Origin: Candidatus Aenigmatarchaeota archaeon
GTDB lineage: Archaea; Aenigmatarchaeota; Aenigmatarchaeia; CG10238-14
Direction of reading: 5' to 3'
Length of the DNA: 64,000 nt
Assembly: GCA_018920345.1 (NCBI GenBank)
Contig: JAHLMN010000007.1
Location: 2 to 64,001, forward strand
How positions within the stretch are numbered: position 1 is the stretch's first letter; each line of letters starts with the position of its first letter. The notes below the pieces were generated by a model. The model searched no databases and was not told where the DNA came from. It was given only the letters and a program-made list of their open reading frames with translations. A program made the translations under genes and the position numbers. Shown one piece after another: positions 57,193-64,000 of this stretch.

Positions 57193-58446
57193 TCAATATT
57201 CAAATAAATTTTTTTGAGGCAAGTTTTTTATTTTTTCTTCACTGAAAATTGGTTCTCCATAAACACCATCATATCCTGGCCTAAATTTTATCTTCTCCTC
57301 TCTAACAGCTATAATTGCTTTTGCTATTTTTTCGCTCGTATATTTTATCAATTCGTCTAAAGAAGAATTTAGAATTACATTCAATTCATTACCAAAAACT
57401 TTTATTAATTTGTTTTGTTCTTCCTCAACCTTTTTTGAATATAATTGCTTTACCCCAAGGCTAAATGAAATTATTTCGTATAAAGGTAACAAATGTTTGA
57501 AAGGTATAGCATTTTTTGGAATAAAACCTTCGTCTCTATCAGCCAACTCTTCTACTCTTTGCAAAACTCCTATAGTCATTGTCTTCTTACAAACAGGGCA
57601 AATATTTTTTAATTTCAAAGCTTGCTTGGGGTGCATAAAAACATTGCATTGTCTATGTCCTGTGAAATGATATTTGCCATAGTTTGGGTCAACTTCTATT
57701 GTATACAAAAATCTTTTATTATCTTTTTCTTTTATTGCATCCCATATTTTCCAATAGTCTGGCTCTTTTAATTCAAACACATTTGCCTCTCTGCCAAGTC
57801 TCCATGGCCATGGTGAGTGCGAATCAGAATTCGAAAGCAAAGCAAAATCATCTAGCTGAGACAAACGCCAATTCATAGAAGGATCGCTACTTAAACCTGT
57901 TTCCAAAGCATGTATGAATTTTGTTTTTTCTTTATAGCATTCTTTTATTGAATCATATCCAGTTATACTGCCCAAACAACCAAAATAAGGTGTCCATATG
58001 TGAGCAGGAACAATTTGAATGTCATTGCTTATCTCCTTAAGAATTTCAACAAACTCTTCTGAGCTTATTTTTATAATCATTCTTCCATCTATTCCTGTGT
58101 TAGCACCTTTTTTTGAAAAAATATCTATTATTTGCTCTATAATTTCTATACTAGGTACATGAACAATGTGATGAATTCTCCTAGATTTTTTATCTTCATA
58201 ATAAAAAGTAGCCATTTCTGTTGTAAGCATAAAATAAACATCATCATAAATATACAATCCTTTATCTTCTAAAGGCTCTAATTTTGTTTTTATATCTTTC
58301 AATTGGTCTGGAAAAGTAAAATCTCCTGTACCCAATAAATTAATGCCTTTAATTCTTGCGTATTTAGGTAATATAGATATATCCATTTCTTTGCTTGTTG
58401 CTCTTGCATATTTACTATGTATGTGAAGATCGGCTATAATTTGCAT
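57193..58446 (-). CDS. endoQ: Endonuclease Q (PHP-domain deaminated-base endonuclease)
   Basis: ADLHIHSKYARATS PHP motif, GTGDFTFP, and the zinc finger CPVCKKTMTIGVLQRVEELAD. Length matches archaeal EndoQ. Confidence 0.8.
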   Translation of the reverse strand: MQIIADLHIHSKYARATSKEMDISILPKYARIKGINLLGTGDFTFPDQLKDIKTKLEPLEDKGLYIYDDVYFMLTTEMATFYYEDKKSRRIHHIVHVPSIEIIEQIIDIFSKKGANTGIDGRMIIKISSEEFVEILKEISNDIQIVPAHIWTPYFGCLGSITGYDSIKECYKEKTKFIHALETGLSSDPSMNWRLSQLDDFALLSNSDSHSPWPWRLGREANVFELKEPDYWKIWDAIKEKDNKRFLYTIEVDPNYGKYHFTGHRQCNVFMHPKQALKLKNICPVCKKTMTIGVLQRVEELADRDEGFIPKNAIPFKHLLPLYEIISFSLGVKQLYSKKVEEEQNKLIKVFGNELNVILNSSLDELIKYTSEKIAKAIIAVREEKIKFRPGYDGVYGEPIFSEEKIKNLPQKNLFEY

Positions 58447-58478
58447 AAATAATAATTAAATAGAATTTATTTAACACT

Positions 58479-58643
58479 CTATATTTTCAATGGTTTACAA
58501 ACTCCTTCAACACATTCATAATTGAAGCAATCATTTTCACAAAAATTTTTGTGATTTTTGCATAATGCTATATTTATATTATTTTTGAAAGAAATGTAAT
58601 AATTTTTGTTCAAACTTTCTCCACAGACAATACATTTCATCAT
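58479..58643 (-). CDS. Candidate 54-aa Cys-rich small protein
   Basis: Own translation: MMKCIVCGESLNKNYYISFKNNINIALCKNHKNFCENDCFNYECVEGVCKPLKI (8 Cys). Below the ORF-track cutoff. Confidence 0.3.
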   Translation of the reverse strand: MMKCIVCGESLNKNYYISFKNNINIALCKNHKNFCENDCFNYECVEGVCKPLKI

Positions 58644-58698
58644 ATAAAATATTAGTCTGTTATATTTTTTAAAATAATAACAAAATTATAAAAATATA

Positions 58699-59649
58699 CT
58701 AAGCGTCTCTTATTCCTTGCTCTGTGACTTTGAAAACACATTCAGCTGTTGGTAAATCTGGTGCATCAACCATTTTAGCAATCTTTTTGTCTTGTGTTGA
58801 TTTTCTCAAATAAACTCTATATGTTGCTTGATGAGCCAATATATGCCCACCTGCTGGTGTAGTTGGATCACCAAATAAAACAGCTGGGTTAGCTAAAACT
58901 TGGTTTGTAACATAAACAGCTAGATTGTATGAATCTGCTAGCTTTTGTAGAGTATGCAAATGTTTGTTTAATTTTTGTTGTCTTGGTGCTAGCTCACCTC
59001 TGCCAACATAATCTGCTCTAAAGTGAGATGTTAAAGAGTCTATAACTATAAGTTTCACCTTATTTTGTTCAATCATCTCATTTGCCTTTTCAACCAAAAA
59101 CATTTGATGATCACTTGTGAATGCTCTAGCAACAAAAATATTTTTCAAAACTTTTTTGCTATCCAACCCTAAAGCTTCTGCCATTTGAACTATTCTTTGT
59201 GGTCTAAATGTATTTTCTGTATCTATGAACAAGCAATTACCTTCCAAACCACCTTTCTCTTTTGGCAACTGCACATTAACAGCTAACTGAAAGCCCAACT
59301 GACTTTTTCCAGATCCAAATTGACCAAAAGCTTCAGTTATTGCTTGTGTTTGTATGCCTCCCCCTAATAATTCATCTAAAGCCTTGCTGCCAGTAGTTAT
59401 TCTAGCTGCTTTTTGTTGTTGCTCCCAAACTTTATCAGCAGAAACAAAACCCATTTCAAGCATTTCTCTTGCATTTGTAATTATTTTCATTGCAGTTGCT
59501 TCCCCTATTTCTAATATAGATGCCAACTCGCCAGGTGAAGAGACAGCAATAGACATTGGATCTGTTAGTCCAACTTCTCTGAGTTTTTCAGCCATTTTAG
59601 GGCCAATACCGCTTATATCTTCTAATTCATACTTCTTCTTTTCCGCCAT
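58699..59649 (-). CDS. radA: DNA repair and recombination protein RadA
   Basis: N-terminal HhH ([12 protein letters not shown]), Walker [10 protein letters not shown], Walker B LIVIDS. Confidence 0.96.
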   Translation of the reverse strand: MAEKKKYELEDISGIGPKMAEKLREVGLTDPMSIAVSSPGELASILEIGEATAMKIITNAREMLEMGFVSADKVWEQQQKAARITTGSKALDELLGGGIQTQAITEAFGQFGSGKSQLGFQLAVNVQLPKEKGGLEGNCLFIDTENTFRPQRIVQMAEALGLDSKKVLKNIFVARAFTSDHQMFLVEKANEMIEQNKVKLIVIDSLTSHFRADYVGRGELAPRQQKLNKHLHTLQKLADSYNLAVYVTNQVLANPAVLFGDPTTPAGGHILAHQATYRVYLRKSTQDKKIAKMVDAPDLPTAECVFKVTEQGIRDA

Positions 59650-60619
59650 CTTCCTCTAACTCCTCTATTAACTTATTAGCTTCATCAAGAATATCTATCT
59701 CTCTTGCTTGATTTACAACTAATTCTAAGTTTTCAAAGATTTTATTCTTTTGTATTCTACCTTTAAATAGAAATTCTTTTCCAATTGTATGTTCTTTTAT
59801 CAGTTTTATAGCCTCTTCTAATTCTAAACTCTCTAGAGTTTTTTCATCTAAATCTGAAACATCTTTCGCAACATCCCTAAAAAATACTGCCCGCATAGTC
59901 CCTGTACCATCATCAATAACACCTGATATTATCATATTTTTTTCTGGCTCAACTTTTCCATGAGTATTGCAAATGTAATTATCTTTTTCCAATTTTGTTT
60001 TACATTCTGGGCATAGATAAAAGACTGGATTTACGCTAAAAATATCAACAATCATTCCTTTTATTTCAAAATAACCTTCAGTTGCATCTTTTATACTTAT
60101 TCTATTTACTGACAATGGCTGGACTGGTAAATCTTCTTCTATTTTTCTCATGATACTTGTCTTGTAAAGAATAATGTCCATATTGCCAAAAGTGCTTTGT
60201 CTTGTAGAAACATTTTTCAGCTCTAAAACATCCCCTATATTTATTTCATCTGCTATTTCTGTTTGCTTATCCCACAATGGTATTCTTGCTTGCCCTGTGC
60301 CATCGGAAATGACAAGGTTTCTAACTTTACCTTGAGTGCCATCTTTCTTAGCAAATTCTCTAATAGGAGTTACACCTATAACTTTTGCTTTTAAATTGAC
60401 TCTTTTCATGTCTGTTTTTATATCTTTTAACTGCAATGTTCTTTCACTTTTTTTAAGTAAATCTATACCTAAATCTCTTGCAACAAGATGAGCAGCTCCT
60501 TCCAAAGAAACCAATCCAGAAAGTTCTTCTTGTTTCGCTTCTATTCTTTCCATTAATTCTTCTTTACTTTTACCAGTTTGTTTAGAAAGCTCTTCTAAAA
60601 TCTCATCTAAAGTAAGCAT
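59627..60619 (-). CDS. rpa: Replication protein A-like ssDNA-binding protein (OB folds plus zinc finger)
   Basis: OB-fold region ([16 protein letters not shown]...[19 protein letters not shown]), zinc motif CPECKTKL...CNTHG, and a second OB fold. 23-nt overlap with radA. Confidence 0.78.
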   Translation of the reverse strand: MLTLDEILEELSKQTGKSKEELMERIEAKQEELSGLVSLEGAAHLVARDLGIDLLKKSERTLQLKDIKTDMKRVNLKAKVIGVTPIREFAKKDGTQGKVRNLVISDGTGQARIPLWDKQTEIADEINIGDVLELKNVSTRQSTFGNMDIILYKTSIMRKIEEDLPVQPLSVNRISIKDATEGYFEIKGMIVDIFSVNPVFYLCPECKTKLEKDNYICNTHGKVEPEKNMIISGVIDDGTGTMRAVFFRDVAKDVSDLDEKTLESLELEEAIKLIKEHTIGKEFLFKGRIQKNKIFENLELVVNQAREIDILDEANKLIEELEEDGGKEEV

Positions 60620-60650
60620 AAGTATATTATAGAAGCAAAAAGTGAAATAG

Positions 60651-60875
60651 TTATTTTGTCACTTTTTTTCTTGCCATTTTTACATCTGATTCTAGTACTG
60701 TCTTTCTACCAGCATGAGAAGCCATTGCAGCTGCCTCTTGGGATAATCTATATAAATAGTCACTCATTCTGGCAGCAAACTCCTTCATTGCTCCTCTTGA
60801 AACTCTTTTTGCTCCTGCCTTTTTCAATATTCTTTCAAATGGCATCAAAGGTAATTTTTCTTTATCTTTTGCCAT
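60651..60875 (-). CDS. Archaeal histone (HMf family)
   Basis: Histone-fold pattern LPLMPFERILKKAGAKRVSRGAMKEFA...HAGRKTVLESDVKMA. 74 aa. Confidence 0.88.
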   Translation of the reverse strand: MAKDKEKLPLMPFERILKKAGAKRVSRGAMKEFAARMSDYLYRLSQEAAAMASHAGRKTVLESDVKMARKKVTK

Positions 60876-60909
60876 ATTTCACCAATTAAATTTTGGTTAA
60901 AATGATATT

Positions 60910-63900
60910 TTAAGTATATTGTTCTTCAATTTTCAGCATTATTTCATTATATAATGATATCATTTTCTTCATTTCATTTAAAGTGTTTATATCTGTAAAT
61001 GACTCTTCATTCTTCCCATTTGAAATTAACAATTTTGCTTTACCTTGGCTAGAAGAAAATTCATATATTTTTTCATATGATGATTCTTTTACTAAGAGTT
61101 TTTTATTATTCATTAAAAACTTGCCTATTAATTTATCTTTCGCTATTTCTACATTTAATTCTATACCGGAATCTTTGTAATTTATTATTTTTTTGTCTTC
61201 CTCAAAAAATATATTTACAGATTCTTTTGGAGAAATTTTAGATTCAAGAAATCTTGAGAAATTCAAACTTTTTATTTTTTTCAAAGGCAAAATTATTTTT
61301 GATATTTTAGGCTCTATGCAAAAATATGTATATTTTGGACCAACTATTTTGTCTGCCTCAACTATTAAACTAATACTGTAACAACTTGATCCTCTTTTTG
61401 GTAAAAGAATATTATAATTGTTTATTCCACTAGATAGATATATTGTTTTGTTAATTGTATCAACTCCATATTCTGATTCTATTAATATTATTGATTTTAC
61501 TTCTTTATTTTCAGAGCTATAAATGGTAAAATTAACTAAATAATCTTTAGCAGCTATATTTGTTATTTCTATATTGTTTTTATATGAAATGCTAACTGTT
61601 ATATTTTGCAATATTTCTCCTGAACTTGTTATTGGAAATATTATAATATCTATAACTGTTCTATTATCCAAAAGTTTATATACATCATACCAATAATTTT
61701 CCTGAATACCGAAAGATAAAACATTTTCTTGAATTTTTTGAGAAGAAAAACTCAAATTATTTATAATTGAATCTTTCGGTAAAATAATTGTCTTTTTGTA
61801 TATTGGTATTTCATCAATATAATCTGCATCTTTAAAGTAAGCATATTTTGTTTCATTTTTTTGAATTATAGTATAATTAGGTTGAATTGTTAATTTTATG
61901 TTTAAATATTGTCCATCAAAATAAATGTTTTCTGACTGAATATTTTCTATGAAAGGATCAAATATTTTAGCTGGATCACCAAAAAGTGTTCTAGCATAAT
62001 ATTCTTTTAAATAAGGATTAGGATCGAAAAATGAAATATTTTTTATTGATTTGTAATATTTGTATAAATCATTTTTGCCATTATTCAAAATATAAGCAAT
62101 TTCTCCATTAAAATTTTTTAAAAGTAAATAACTACTATAGCTTGATTGTGGCGTATATATTGATGAAGTTGTTGTTAATATAGATATTGCTTTTTTATTC
62201 TGTATATCTGGCACGCTTTCATAGCTATTAGAATAATATAAGTAAACAAAAGAAGGGATGTTTGGTAATTCAGAAATAGGTATATGCAAATTATCTGGAG
62301 TAAAAAAGTGTGTTTTGTTCCCAAAAGCCATATAAAGTATAATGTCTTTGTTTCTTATTTCTGATAAAAAATTTTCTTTAGTGTAAATTGGAAGATGTTT
62401 TAAAGCGAAGGTTTTATCTTTCAATATTTTGTCAAACGCACTTGACCAATCATATTCTACTAATAAATAAACAGCTTCATTAAAAGTTGAAAATAATGTT
62501 TTTATTTGTTTTAAAAGACTGTTAAAATCATTATTTTTTATATAGCTATTTACATCTTTCAACAAAGAATTTATATCTTGATAATTATATTCATCTTTTT
62601 CTGATCTCTTCTCAACTAAAGATGTTATATTAAAACCATATGAAGATAAGTATGATCTTAAAGATTGTGAATATTGCATTAAAGGAACACTATAAAATAT
62701 GTCGTTAACAGGTAGTGTATCATAAACAGAAATGATCAAAGCTTGTTTGTCTTTTTTAGGTTCAAAATATATTTGATGTGTTAATGATTCTAAAGATCCA
62801 TTGAGTCTAGAAACAGATAAATCTAAATATCCGTCATCGTTTATATCAGAATATGGTATATCTGTCTTTATTTTATCTCCATCATAATCTAATAAACCAT
62901 CATTTACTGGATCGTCTACAAAGAAAAATGGTGCATCTATTAATGTTAAAAATACTTTGTTTTTGAATCTATAATCTATAGTCAATTGATATTTTGTAAA
63001 ATCTATTTTTTCTTTTAATTTTTGTTTTGCCTTGTTTGCATCTCCTGAAAATAATATCACAAAACCATTGTGTTTAAAAGCTAAAGATGAGGCTAATATA
63101 GATTTTTCACTATCTTGATTTGCAAGAATTATATAGTTTGTTGTTTTTAATTTAGACAAATATAGACTTTCTGCTTCAGTTGGATATGTAAAGTTGTAAA
63201 TTTTTTTTGGATTAAGAAGTTGTAAAATTTCTTGGGTTGGTTCTATTATTATTGGTATTTGCAAAGAAGATGAAATTATTGCTGTATTTTTCTCATTTGT
63301 AGCTATTATTTCCTTATTCTGGAAAAATATTAAAGACAATGTTTCTCTATCTATATAATAATGTTCTTTTTCTGTTTGAACATTTGTATCTAAAAGAAAT
63401 ATTTGCTCAGGTTTATAAAGTTCTAACAAAGTTGAAGAATTTGTTATTAAAACTGTTTTATTGGTTGAAGCTGCCATTATAAAATTTTTCCAGTTATCAT
63501 TAGTAACTATTATTGAATTTTTATTTGGATAAGTTAATATGTAAAAATATTCTTGAATTGTTTTGTATGGTGTTTTTATTATTATGGACTTTTTTCCTAA
63601 ATATTTTGTTTGTATATTTATTTCAAAAGAATATGTTCCATTTTTATAATTTTTAAATGAAGATATTTCTATTGATGAATTTGGAATTGATATATTAAAA
63701 TCATTTAACGTTAAATTTGATATTGGCATATTGTTTTGTAATATATGAACATTTATTTTTTGTTTATTTTTTACATAAAATATTTTTGAAATATCAACAC
63801 TGATATTTATTGGTTTTATCTCTTCTTCTGGACCTAAATAAACTTCTGGCCAAGGATCCATGTAAAGCATAACTGTTGCATCATCATACCATGATTTCAT

Positions 63901-64000
63901 CTGATTATTTGAATTTCCACTATATCTACTAAATCCAATATATCCTATTTTATATGTAGAATCATTTAAATCAAAAATTAATGCCTCCGAATGACACCGA
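60910..64000 (-). CDS. Very large Asn/Ile/Tyr-rich surface protein, 5'-truncated by the window edge (over 1,029 codons)
   Basis: The track ORF starts at the M at 63900, but the frame stays open to position 64000 (own translation ...RCHSEALIFDLNDSTYKIGYIGFSRYSGNSNNQ-MKSWYDD). Contains YSDINDDGYLDLSVSRLNG, reminiscent of the peptidase C25/gingipain-like DxDGxxD..GR segment. Confidence 0.7.
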   Translation of the reverse strand, partial: RCHSEALIFDLNDSTYKIGYIGFSRYSGNSNNQMKSWYDDATVMLYMDPWPEVYLGPEEEIKPINISVDISKIFYVKNKQKINVHILQNNMPISNLTLNDFNISIPNSSIEISSFKNYKNGTYSFEINIQTKYLGKKSIIIKTPYKTIQEYFYILTYPNKNSIIVTNDNWKNFIMAASTNKTVLITNSSTLLELYKPEQIFLLDTNVQTEKEHYYIDRETLSLIFFQNKEIIATNEKNTAIISSSLQIPIIIEPTQEILQLLNPKKIYNFTYPTEAESLYLSKLKTTNYIILANQDSEKSILASSLAFKHNGFVILFSGDANKAKQKLKEKIDFTKYQLTIDYRFKNKVFLTLIDAPFFFVDDPVNDGLLDYDGDKIKTDIPYSDINDDGYLDLSVSRLNGSLESLTHQIYFEPKKDKQALIISVYDTLPVNDIFYSVPLMQYSQSLRSYLSSYGFNITSLVEKRSEKDEYNYQDINSLLKDVNSYIKNNDFNSLLKQIKTLFSTFNEAVYLLVEYDWSSAFDKILKDKTFALKHLPIYTKENFLSEIRNKDIILYMAFGNKTHFFTPDNLHIPISELPNIPSFVYLYYSNSYESVPDIQNKKAISILTTTSSIYTPQSSYSSYLLLKNFNGEIAYILNNGKNDLYKYYKSIKNISFFDPNPYLKEYYARTLFGDPAKIFDPFIENIQSENIYFDGQYLNIKLTIQPNYTIIQKNETKYAYFKDADYIDEIPIYKKTIILPKDSIINNLSFSSQKIQENVLSFGIQENYWYDVYKLLDNRTVIDIIIFPITSSGEILQNITVSISYKNNIEITNIAAKDYLVNFTIYSSENKEVKSIILIESEYGVDTINKTIYLSSGINNYNILLPKRGSSCYSISLIVEADKIVGPKYTYFCIEPKISKIILPLKKIKSLNFSRFLESKISPKESVNIFFEEDKKIINYKDSGIELNVEIAKDKLIGKFLMNNKKLLVKESSYEKIYEFSSSQGKAKLLISNGKNEESFTDINTLNEMKKMISLYNEIMLKIEEQYT

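Overview
AT-rich, gene-dense archaeal chromosome segment. Structural RNAs stand out as GC-rich islands. Gene content suggests a small-genome, DPANN-like archaeon; this is inference, as no search was run.

The left third holds the conserved transcription/translation superoperon on the minus strand: rpoH, rpoB'', rpoB'/rpoA', rpoA'', rpl30e, nusA, rps12, rps7, EF-2, EF-1alpha. It is followed by a stand-alone 5S rRNA and intron-bearing tRNAs.

The rest is mostly housekeeping:
- DNA ligase, ThrRS, ArgRS, CCA-adding enzyme, Dph2, deoxyhypusine synthase
- SMC/ScpA, RadA/RPA, histone, EndoQ
- PEP synthase, class I aldolase, PfkB kinase, a GH57/SIS glycan cluster
- ion transporters and several secreted or surface proteins

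Most notable observations:
1. rpoB' and rpoA' are one continuous 1,426-codon ORF, while rpoB and rpoA remain split elsewhere.
2. A truncated cas6 runs off the left edge. It is absent from the ORF track, and I saw no CRISPR array in the window.
3. Three of the four tRNA genes carry introns, two of them in the D-loop. tRNA-Asp has two introns.
4. tRNA-Gln(UUG), trm9-like, ncsA and elp3 form a wobble-U34 modification island, next to an uncharacterised GT-A-like gene and cca.
5. One ORF resembles a bacterial-type HPF/RaiA.
6. A 54-nt GC-rich perfect hairpin lies in a divergent promoter region.
7. A secreted protein carries a knottin-like cystine pattern.

All family assignments rest on motif recognition by eye. 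No database search was possible.
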